DNA of 37,211 bases from a virus. Lineage: Duplodnaviria > Caudoviricetes. Location: IMG/VR virus record IMGVR_UViG_3300036985_004314, positions 1 through 37,211 of that record, one strand, 5' to 3'. How positions within the stretch are numbered: the first letter of the stretch is position 1; the number at the start of each line of letters is the position of its first letter. Both the position numbers and the translations under genes were made by a program. Below, piece after piece: positions 24,508-32,185 of the stretch. The notes beneath the pieces are model-generated. The model saw nothing but the letters and a program-made list of their open reading frames with translations, was not told the origin of the DNA and made no database searches.

Positions 24508-26166
24508 ATGGATAGCCGCGCCGACGAAATCATCCGCAGACAAGCCAAGATTGCCGGCGACAGAGCTATCTTCGATTCGCACTGGCGAGAGATTGCCGAG
24601 CGCATCCTGCCCCGCGGTAACCACTTCAAGGTTAACCGCAACCCCGGCGACAAGAACACCGAGAAGGTCTTCGATGCTACCGCAACGCTAGCACTCGAGC
24701 GCTTTGCTGCTGCGATGGAGTCCATGCTGACGCCACGCACGCAGCGCTGGCACAAGCTCAAGACGCAGGACGAGCGGCTGAACCAAGACCCCGCAGTGAA
24801 GCGTTACCTCGACGAGGTCACGCAGCTGGTGTTCAACTTGCGTTATGCGCCAAAGGCCAACTTCGCCAGCCAGACGCACGAGAGCTACATGTCGCTTGGC
24901 GCGTTCGGTACGGGCTGCATGTTCATTGACGAAATCATGGGCGTGGGTATCCGTTACCGTTCGGTCCACTTGTCCGAGCTGTTCATCGCAGAGAACCATC
25001 AGGGCGTGGTGGATACGGTCTACCGCAGGTTCATCATGACGGTGCGTCAAGCCGCGCAGCGCTTTGGCGAGAAAGGCCTGACTGAAAACCAGCGTCGTGT
25101 GCTGGAGAAAAACCCCGACCAGACCTACGAGTTCATCCACGCCGTGCTGCCTAACAGCGAGGTGAAGGAAGGCCGCAAAGACTACGCAGGCATGACGTTT
25201 GCGTCGTGCTACGTCAACATGGAAGGCCGCATGATTGTGGGCGAGGGCGGCTACCGTTCGTTCCCCTACGCAGTGGGCCGCTACGTGACGGCACCGAAGG
25301 AAGTGTACGGCCGCTCGCCGGCCATGACGGTCCTGCCCGACATCAAGATGCTCAACGAGATGAGCAAGACGGTCATCCGCGCAGCGCACAAGCTCGTGGA
25401 CCCGCCGCTGCTTTTGCAGGATGACGGCGCACTGCAGGCGTTCGACCTGCGTCCCGGCGCACTGAACTACGGTGGCGTGGACGATAAGGGCAACCAAGTT
25501 GTCCATCCGCTCGCGACTGGTGCCCGCGTGGACATTGGCCTAGACATGATGGAGCAGCGCCGCAAGACCATCAACGACGCTTTCCTTGTCACGCTGTTCC
25601 AGATTCTCGTGGAAGCGCCAACGATGACGGCCACCGAGGCCATGCTGCGTGCTCAGGAGAAGGGTGCCTTGCTTGCGCCCACGATGGGACGCCAGCAGTC
25701 TGAGTTCCTTGGTCCGCTCATCGAGCGCGAGCTAGACATTCTGGGCAACGCCGGCGCACTGCCTCCCATGCCTGACGCCTTGCTCGAGGCCGGCGGCATG
25801 GTGGAGGTGGAGTACGTCAGTCCCCTGAACAAGGCGCAACGTGCAGACGAGGGCGTGGCCATCCTGCGGACGCTCGAGTCCATCACGCCGCTGGCGCAGA
25901 TTGACCCCAGCGTCATGCTGGTGTTTGACCCCGAGGCTATTGCTCGCGAGCTTGCCGACATCAACGGCGTGCCGGCCAAGGTCATGCGTACCCCTGAGCA
26001 GATTGAAGCGCTCAAGGAGCAGCAGGCTGAGCAGCAGCAGGCAGCGGCCCTCTTGCAGGCAGCGCCCGTCGTGTCCAAGTCCGCGAAGGAGATGGCGCAG
26101 GCGCAGAGCATTGCCGGCGCTGCACCGTCGCAGCAGGCACCGGGCATCTTCGGTAACGCCGCGTGA
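24508..26166 (+). CDS. Portal (head-tail connector) protein
   Basis: 552 aa; E.YGRSPAM..LPDIK.LN, PPL, MTATEA..R..EK, EYVSPL motifs; AGGAGG RBS. Confidence 0.95.
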   Translation: MDSRADEIIRRQAKIAGDRAIFDSHWREIAERILPRGNHFKVNRNPGDKNTEKVFDATATLALERFAAAMESMLTPRTQRWHKLKTQDERLNQDPAVKRYLDEVTQLVFNLRYAPKANFASQTHESYMSLGAFGTGCMFIDEIMGVGIRYRSVHLSELFIAENHQGVVDTVYRRFIMTVRQAAQRFGEKGLTENQRRVLEKNPDQTYEFIHAVLPNSEVKEGRKDYAGMTFASCYVNMEGRMIVGEGGYRSFPYAVGRYVTAPKEVYGRSPAMTVLPDIKMLNEMSKTVIRAAHKLVDPPLLLQDDGALQAFDLRPGALNYGGVDDKGNQVVHPLATGARVDIGLDMMEQRRKTINDAFLVTLFQILVEAPTMTATEAMLRAQEKGALLAPTMGRQQSEFLGPLIERELDILGNAGALPPMPDALLEAGGMVEVEYVSPLNKAQRADEGVAILRTLESITPLAQIDPSVMLVFDPEAIARELADINGVPAKVMRTPEQIEALKEQQAEQQQAAALLQAAPVVSKSAKEMAQAQSIAGAAPSQQAPGIFGNAA

Positions 26167-26465
26167 TTCGCGAGCTAACCAAGAACGCCTCGAACTTTCT
26201 GCGTCGCAAGAGCGCGTACCGTCGCGTGTTCTTGCATCAGGACGGCGGCATGTCGCGAGACCAAGAGCTAGTGCTTGCTGACCTGCGCCGCTTCTGCAAG
26301 GCCAACTCCAGCACCATCATGGTGAGCCCCGTGAGCCGCAGCGTGGACCCCATTGCAATGGCCATGGCCGAGGGCCGCCGCGAGGTCTGGCTTCGGCTTG
26401 CCGGCATGCTGCACATTGACGAGAAGACCATGTTCAACCTGCAGGACGTAAACGATGGCAACTGA
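26163..26465 (+). CDS. Conserved small protein after the portal (Bbp19-like)
   Basis: Y.RVF...VLADL.RFC...AMAEGRREV pattern and synteny. Confidence 0.75.
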   Translation: MIRELTKNASNFLRRKSAYRRVFLHQDGGMSRDQELVLADLRRFCKANSSTIMVSPVSRSVDPIAMAMAEGRREVWLRLAGMLHIDEKTMFNLQDVNDGN

Positions 26466-26868
26466 GTACGAAGACATGGACGAGGGCGAAGACAGCCAAG
26501 AGAACTACAGCACCGCCGAAGCTGCTGCGTTCATTGGCACGCTGCTCATGGCCGCGCCGGCGGCCCACATGCTGCACCTGCAGACCAAGAGCTACGCCAC
26601 CCACAAGGCGCTCGAGGAGCTGTACACCGGTCTGCCCGAGAAGGTTGACGCGCTAGCAGAGTGCTATCAGGGTTGCTACGGCATCATCGCCAAGTATCCG
26701 CGCATGGCGCTGCCGCCGCTCGACAAGCCCATTCACTTCGTTGCTGCCCTCATGGAGTACGTCGAAGAGAACCGCGAAGGCGTGGCTGACGAGTCGCAGA
26801 TTCAGAACCTCATCGACGAGATTGCAGCGCTGCTCGATACCGTCGCATACAAGCTCATCCTCTCGTAA
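26455..26868 (+). CDS. Ferritin/Dps-like four-helix protein
   Basis: H.LHLQT.SYA.HKAL.ELY......D.LAE.YQG and NLIDEI......YKL motifs. Confidence 0.75.
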   Translation: MATEYEDMDEGEDSQENYSTAEAAAFIGTLLMAAPAAHMLHLQTKSYATHKALEELYTGLPEKVDALAECYQGCYGIIAKYPRMALPPLDKPIHFVAALMEYVEENREGVADESQIQNLIDEIAALLDTVAYKLILS

Positions 26869-26885
26869 ACCAAGGAGACTAGACC

Positions 26886-27740
26886 ATGTCGAATGCAAGC
26901 GGGTCTGCCATGTTGGCAGGCAACCCGGCCAGCGCTGAAGCTGCTGCCGGTCCTACGGGCGGCGCACCAGCCGCATCGACTACGCAGCCGGCCGGTGCCA
27001 ATGGCATGTGGTACGACAACATCGAGGACAGCGACCTCAAGGGCTACCTGCACAACAAGGGCTGGAAGGACCCGTCCGAGCTAGCCGTTGGCTACCGCAA
27101 CCTCGAGAAGTTGGTTGGCCACGAGAAAGTCCCGCTGCCCAAGGGCAACGAGGACACCGAGGGCTGGGCACGGGTCTACGACGCACTGGGACGCCCCAAG
27201 GAGGCCGCGGACTACAAGCTCGCAGTACCGGAAGGGGGCAGCCCAGAGTTCGCCCAGCAGGCCGCCAGCAAGTTCCACGAGCTTGGCCTAAGTTCCCGGC
27301 AGGCCTCCGCGCTCACCGAGTGGTGGAACACGCAGGCCGGCGGAGCGCAGCAGGCGCAGATGCAGGCCCAGTCTCAGGCCACTGAGCAGCAGCTCAACAG
27401 CCTGAAGGGCGAGTGGGGTCAGGCGTGGGACGAAAACCTCGAGCTTGGCCGGCGTGCTGCTCGCCAGTTCGGGCTCGACGCAGAGGCGCTGACCAAGATG
27501 GAGAACGGCATGGGCACGGCAGAGATGCTGAAGTTCATGTCGCGTATTGGCCGCGGGCTCACCGAGCACACGTTCGAGAGTGGCAAGACCAGCAATGGCT
27601 TTGGCATGACGCCTGACGCTGCCAAGAACCGCATCAGCGCCTTGCAGCAGGACTCTGAGTGGACCACCAAGTACCTCAACGGCAACGCAGATGCGCGTGC
27701 CGAGATGAGCCGCTTGATGGCCGTGGCTTTCCCTGAGTGA
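26886..27740 (+). CDS. Capsid scaffolding/assembly protein
   Basis: Y.NLEKLVG, LGRP....DY, ELGLS..QA, LK.EWG..WD pattern; lies between portal and capsid; AAGGAG RBS. Confidence 0.85.
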   Translation: MSNASGSAMLAGNPASAEAAAGPTGGAPAASTTQPAGANGMWYDNIEDSDLKGYLHNKGWKDPSELAVGYRNLEKLVGHEKVPLPKGNEDTEGWARVYDALGRPKEAADYKLAVPEGGSPEFAQQAASKFHELGLSSRQASALTEWWNTQAGGAQQAQMQAQSQATEQQLNSLKGEWGQAWDENLELGRRAARQFGLDAEALTKMENGMGTAEMLKFMSRIGRGLTEHTFESGKTSNGFGMTPDAAKNRISALQQDSEWTTKYLNGNADARAEMSRLMAVAFPE

Positions 27741-27747
27741 TGCGCAT

Positions 27748-27978
27748 ATGACAACACCAACAGAAAACCCCTTCCACAATCCAGAGGTCCGGCTAGACTG
27801 TCTGCGAATGGCCGCTCGGCCGGGGCTCTCGCCGCATGAAGTAATCGCGGTTGCCAGAGAGTACCTGAGCTGGGTTGCCGGTCCGCCGCAGCCGACAACC
27901 ACGCAAGTGGCCGGCACACGAGGCGTACCAACTGGCCCCGGGCAACCGGACAAGCCTCCGACAAAAGGGCGCGGGTAA
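27748..27978 (+). CDS. Hypothetical protein (3' part overlaps the structured capsid leader)
   Basis: EVRLDCLRMA...VIAVAREYLSWV helical pattern; fills the scaffold-capsid gap. Confidence 0.55.
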   Translation: MTTPTENPFHNPEVRLDCLRMAARPGLSPHEVIAVAREYLSWVAGPPQPTTTQVAGTRGVPTGPGQPDKPPTKGRG

Positions 27979-28019
27979 CACCGCATAGTTTTTGATTCAT
28001 CCCCTTCGGAGGGTAGAAC

Positions 28020-28976
28020 ATGTCTTTTAACGTCAATACCGCATTCGTCCAACAGTACTCGACGAATGTGGCAATGCTGCTCCAGCAGCAGGGCTCCAAG
28101 CTCCGCGAAGCCTGCGCTTCGTACAAGTTCCTCGGCAAGGCCGCTTCGGTGGTCGAGCAGTTCGGTGCCGTGTCGCCGGTTCGCAATCAGAGCCGTCACT
28201 CGGACACGCCGCTCATCTCCACGCCGCACGACAAGCGCTGGGCCTACCCCAACGACTACGACTGGGCGGACCTCGTGGACTCGCAGGACAAGCTGCGTAT
28301 GCTCATCGACCCGACCTCGTCCTACGCAATGGCTGGTGCCATGGCGCTGGGCCGTGCCATCGACGATGAACTCATCAGCGCGTTCTTCAACGCCAACAAC
28401 ACTGGCGAAAACGGCACGTCTTCGACGGGCACGTTGTATGCCTTTGGCTCAAACAGCCAGTCCGTTGCTGGGACCATTGGCGCTTCTGCTGCCACTGGCC
28501 TCAACATCGCCAAGCTGCGTCGCGCCAAGCGCATCCTGATGGAAGGTTTGGTTGACGTGGACAACGACCAGTTGTTCTGTGTCATCTCGGCCCGCCAGCA
28601 CGATGACCTGCTGAACGAAGCTCAGGCCATCAGCCTCGACTACAACAGCAAGCCTGTTCTCGTCGATGGCCGTATCCGTGCGTTCATGGGTTTCAACTTC
28701 ATCCTGTCCGAGCGTATCCCGGGTGCCAGCGGTTTCAATACCGCCATCAATCCGGCTATCGCCACGGGCTCGAGCGACGGCACCTACACCACGGGCACGC
28801 GCTACATGGTCCCGGTGTTCGCGAAGTCCGGCATGGCGCTCGGCATGTGGAATGACATTCAGACCACCATTGACCGCCGTCCTGACAAGCGCAACAGCTA
28901 TCAGGTTTACTGCACGGGCACCTTCGGCGCGACGCGCACCGAAGAGAAGCGCTGCGCTCTCATCAACTGCGTCTGA
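28020..28976 (+). CDS. Major capsid protein
   Basis: FVQQY..NV..LLQQ.GSKLR, DKLRMLIDP.S.Y, GR..DD, FMGF.FI, GATR.EE motifs; GGAGG RBS. Confidence 0.93.
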   Translation: MSFNVNTAFVQQYSTNVAMLLQQQGSKLREACASYKFLGKAASVVEQFGAVSPVRNQSRHSDTPLISTPHDKRWAYPNDYDWADLVDSQDKLRMLIDPTSSYAMAGAMALGRAIDDELISAFFNANNTGENGTSSTGTLYAFGSNSQSVAGTIGASAATGLNIAKLRRAKRILMEGLVDVDNDQLFCVISARQHDDLLNEAQAISLDYNSKPVLVDGRIRAFMGFNFILSERIPGASGFNTAINPAIATGSSDGTYTTGTRYMVPVFAKSGMALGMWNDIQTTIDRRPDKRNSYQVYCTGTFGATRTEEKRCALINCV

Positions 28977-28988
28977 GGAGCCTGACCC

Positions 28989-29435
28989 ATGGCTGCATAT
29001 CTTTCGACTGAACAGGGCGGCACTGCTAACCAGACGGTTGTTCCGGTTGGCTACAAGCCTCGTGCCTCGGTGTATCAGGCTCGCCTGAAGCGCTTGCGTG
29101 CTACGTTCACCTTCGCCACGCAGACTGTCAGCGACACGCTCGTCGTTGGCACTCTGCCGGCTGGTGCGACGTTCGCGCTGGGTGCAACATACGTGTCGGT
29201 CTCGACCGGCTCGGCCACCATCGCGGTGGGTACTACCGGCGCAACCGGTAAGTACAAGGCTGCCGGCGCTGTGACCAGCGTTGACATCCCCAACCACTTT
29301 GGCGTGACTGCTGCCGTTGCCGCCGCTGACCCGGCGCTGACTGCAGAAGAGATTGTCTTTGTCACCATCGCTGGCGCGTCGCTTCCGGCGTCCGGCACGA
29401 TGGTCATCGACATCTACTACTCGATGCCTCAGTGA
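28989..29435 (+). CDS. Capsid decoration/cement protein
   Basis: Beta-rich 148-aa protein directly after the capsid gene; GAGGAG RBS. Confidence 0.65.
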   Translation: MAAYLSTEQGGTANQTVVPVGYKPRASVYQARLKRLRATFTFATQTVSDTLVVGTLPAGATFALGATYVSVSTGSATIAVGTTGATGKYKAAGAVTSVDIPNHFGVTAAVAAADPALTAEEIVFVTIAGASLPASGTMVIDIYYSMPQ

Positions 29436-29441
29436 CCTGAC

Positions 29442-29485
29442 GGGGCGGCGGTACTGGGGATTCCCGGTGCCGCTGCTCCTGTCTT
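29442..29485 (+). terminator. Long GC-rich hairpin after the capsid/cement genes (partial terminator or mRNA stabiliser)
   Basis: GGGGCGGCGGTACTGGG-gatt-CCCGGTGCCGCTGCTCC with G-U pairs; only a weak U tail. Confidence 0.55.
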
Positions 29486-29497
29486 GGGGGGGCGGTT

Positions 29498-30037
29498 ATG
29501 TCTTGGTTCATCTTTGGGCGGAATTACAGTTTTGGTTTTGACGGAACTACAACTGTTGGGGGTGGGGTTAGCAGTGGGTATTTTGAGCCGCTGCCAATCA
29601 ATCCTCAATCAGGAGAAGAAATTCCGACAGGCAATGAGCATTACCTTTTTTGGAATACAAACGGCCTTGCAGCCGAGCGTGTTACCAACACAGCAGATGC
29701 CCTTCGCCTTCTTGATGTAATGCGTGCAGTAGTTCTGCGTGAGACTTGGCCAAAAAATGGCGGTGGCATCACTGGCGTTTATTTGTGGAAGTCTGCTGGA
29801 TTGTCTCAAAATGGCGCAGGGCTTAGTGGTGTTGAACGTGCTGGTATAGCAGTTGATGAAAATGGTCCGTACGTTGGCACTAGCGGTTACACTGGATACT
29901 ACTTACCTAACGCAATGACACTGCTTACGGCTCAACCGAATAACCCCCCAAGCGCCGAAATAAAGAACGACATCATGTTGTTCTTGCTAAAATGCGAAGC
30001 AGCAATGCTGCGTTACTCCGCAACTTGGACAACGTGA
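29498..30037 (+). CDS. Hypothetical virion-region protein
   Basis: ORF tiling the structural operon; AT-richer than its flanks. Confidence 0.65.
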   Translation: MSWFIFGRNYSFGFDGTTTVGGGVSSGYFEPLPINPQSGEEIPTGNEHYLFWNTNGLAAERVTNTADALRLLDVMRAVVLRETWPKNGGGITGVYLWKSAGLSQNGAGLSGVERAGIAVDENGPYVGTSGYTGYYLPNAMTLLTAQPNNPPSAEIKNDIMLFLLKCEAAMLRYSATWTT

Positions 30038-30046
30038 GGAAAGAAC

Positions 30047-30235
30047 ATGGCTTACTTCTTCGGCCTGAACACGGGTCAGAACGAATACACCCCGCCAGCG
30101 CAGGGTGCCACGACCACGTCACGCGACGTTGAGATTGTCATCAACACCAACGCCAACGTGCCTTCCATTCAGGACCTCGTCAACACCATCCGGCACTTGG
30201 AAAATTACATCTTGCGCCAAGGCAAGGCGTGGTAA
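30047..30235 (+). CDS. Small hypothetical virion-region protein
   Basis: GAGGA RBS; tiles the operon. Confidence 0.7.
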   Translation: MAYFFGLNTGQNEYTPPAQGATTTSRDVEIVINTNANVPSIQDLVNTIRHLENYILRQGKAW

Positions 30236-30239
30236 CGTC

Positions 30240-30563
30240 ATGCCTACAATGCGTGTTGATTCCAATGCATATGCCCTGCTGACCAACGCGGCAGCGGCTG
30301 GTGCCGGAACTGCGGTGCAGATTCCCGGCGGCGAATACATTTTCATGGGTACCGGAACCATTGGCGCGTCAACGCTTCAGCTTGAAGTTGAAACGCCGAC
30401 TGGCGCGTTTGTCACCGTGCAGGTGTTTACCGGCTCGCTGGTTCGCTTCACTGCGCTGCCGGCAAGTCAGACGGCTATTGCTCTGCCGGCTGGGCGCGTT
30501 CGCGCCAACCTTGTGGGCGGCACTCCGTCTGCAGTAAACGCCCACCTCGTCGGCCTCGGCTAA
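30240..30563 (+). CDS. Small beta-rich structural protein (MPTMRVDS...)
   Basis: ATG 30240 follows the upstream stop; Thr/Gly/Ala-rich beta pattern. Confidence 0.6.
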   Translation: MPTMRVDSNAYALLTNAAAAGAGTAVQIPGGEYIFMGTGTIGASTLQLEVETPTGAFVTVQVFTGSLVRFTALPASQTAIALPAGRVRANLVGGTPSAVNAHLVGLG

Positions 30564-30572
30564 GGAGCAACC

Positions 30573-31304
30573 ATGTCTACACTATCTGCAAACAGTAACG
30601 TGACGTTGCTTTGGTCTTCGTGGGATACCTTGAACGTGGTATCCAATTTTGGTCAAAACTGGCGTTATGTTTGGGTTCCTGAAGGCGCGGAATACACAAG
30701 CATTAAAGCACTGAGCCGTTCTTTTGGACCCGGCGCGGAAAACGTAACCATTGGTCGGTTTGGTGGGCCGGGTGCCATTACGCTTTACAATGACAGCACG
30801 TCAACCCTAACGTATTTTGAAGCCAAGGCTTCGCTTGCCGTTTCTACGCTTACGGTCAATCAAACATTGACGGCAAACAATTCCGTCACAATGAACCCAA
30901 GCAATGCCAACGTCAGCATTGCGCCAACCGGCACAGGCACCGTTAGCATCAACCCGGCAAGTGCTGGTTCAATTGATAATTGCGCTCTTGGTGCAACAAC
31001 GCCTCGAGCTGTCCGAACTATTCAATTGCAGATGTTGTTTACCGATTCGTCCGGAACGCCGGGCGCAGTTACCAACAACTCTCCACGAGGCCGCGTGGCA
31101 ATAGCCGCAGCGGCAAGCAGCGTAACAGTAACTAACGGGCTGGCTGCCGCTACCAGCACCGTCATTGCTAAAATTAGCCAAAACTTGGCTGACACTACGC
31201 TGACGAGTATTGTTCGTATTTATCCTTTTGCCGGCGGGTTTACCATATTCGGAAACGCTGCGGCCACCGCTAATACCGTCATAGACTACGTGCTCATCAA
31301 CTAA
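30573..31304 (+). CDS. Fibre-like structural protein
   Basis: TAAGGAG RBS; SNANVSIAPTGTGTV fibre-shaft motif; Thr/Ser/Asn-rich. Confidence 0.6.
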   Translation: MSTLSANSNVTLLWSSWDTLNVVSNFGQNWRYVWVPEGAEYTSIKALSRSFGPGAENVTIGRFGGPGAITLYNDSTSTLTYFEAKASLAVSTLTVNQTLTANNSVTMNPSNANVSIAPTGTGTVSINPASAGSIDNCALGATTPRAVRTIQLQMLFTDSSGTPGAVTNNSPRGRVAIAAAASSVTVTNGLAAATSTVIAKISQNLADTTLTSIVRIYPFAGGFTIFGNAAATANTVIDYVLIN

Positions 31305-31356
31305 TTGATTTAGCGCGGCGGCCTGCGCCGGCCTCGCCGCCTCTGCGAGGTATCTC

Positions 31357-31593
31357 ATGGCAATCGCCATCGACAAGCAGGCTCATGCGTGGTGGGGGTG
31401 GGCTATCGCCGCCACCGTGTTTCCGCTCATGGGCTGGATGTCCATCTTCATTGCTGGCGCTGTAGGCGCTGCCAAAGAACTGTGGGACAAGAACGGTCAC
31501 GGCACGCCTGACTGGATGGACTTCATCGCTACCTTGCTGGGCGGCGCGCTAGGCACGGCGGTCTGTGCCGCATTGGAGATTGCTCGTGGCTAG
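31357..31593 (+). CDS. Small membrane protein (DKxxH...KExxD...DxxA type)
   Basis: GAGGT RBS; hydrophobic helices with DKQAH, AKELWD, DFIAT motifs. Confidence 0.7.
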   Translation: MAIAIDKQAHAWWGWAIAATVFPLMGWMSIFIAGAVGAAKELWDKNGHGTPDWMDFIATLLGGALGTAVCAALEIARG

Positions 31594-32185
31594 CGTTATT
31601 CAGGTTGCCAATCGTGCGCTGACCAAGCTCGGCTCGGCCCGCATTACAAGCCTCGGTGACGATGTCAAAGCAGCACGCAGCATCACCTCGTGCTTCGATG
31701 ACTTGCGCGACGAGGAACTGCGGGCCCATCGCTGGAGCTTCTCGCTGAAGCGCACCTCGCTGGCTGCGCTCACTGACGTGCCGGCGTTTGGCTGGGACCT
31801 GCAGTACCAAGTGCCTGATGACTTCCTTAAGCTGGACATGGTCAATGACCAGTTCCCGGGCGCAATTCTCGAGAACTACATTGGCGTTGAAACCATCGAC
31901 TATGTGCTCGAGGGCAACAAGATTCTGACCAACATTAATGCGCCGTTGAAGCTGCGTTACGTGGCCAGAATCGAAGACCCCAACCAGTGGGACGTGAGCT
32001 TCCGCGAGGTCCTTGCCTGCCGCATTGCGGCGGAGATATGCGAGGAGCTGACGCAGTCCAACCAGAAGCGCCAGCTTGCGTGGGAAGAGTACGGGCAGGC
32101 TCTCGTGCGAGCCGTGCGGGCCAACGCTATCGAGCGCCAGCCCGTCATGGTGTCCGACGAAGCGTGGGTTATCGGGAGAATCTGA
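31586..32185 (+). CDS. Tail tubular protein A (adaptor)
   Basis: S..QVANRAL.KLG...I.SL, HRWSF..KR..LA, Y..P.D.L motifs; GGAG RBS before GTG 31586. Confidence 0.88.
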   Translation: MASVIQVANRALTKLGSARITSLGDDVKAARSITSCFDDLRDEELRAHRWSFSLKRTSLAALTDVPAFGWDLQYQVPDDFLKLDMVNDQFPGAILENYIGVETIDYVLEGNKILTNINAPLKLRYVARIEDPNQWDVSFREVLACRIAAEICEELTQSNQKRQLAWEEYGQALVRAVRANAIERQPVMVSDEAWVIGRI

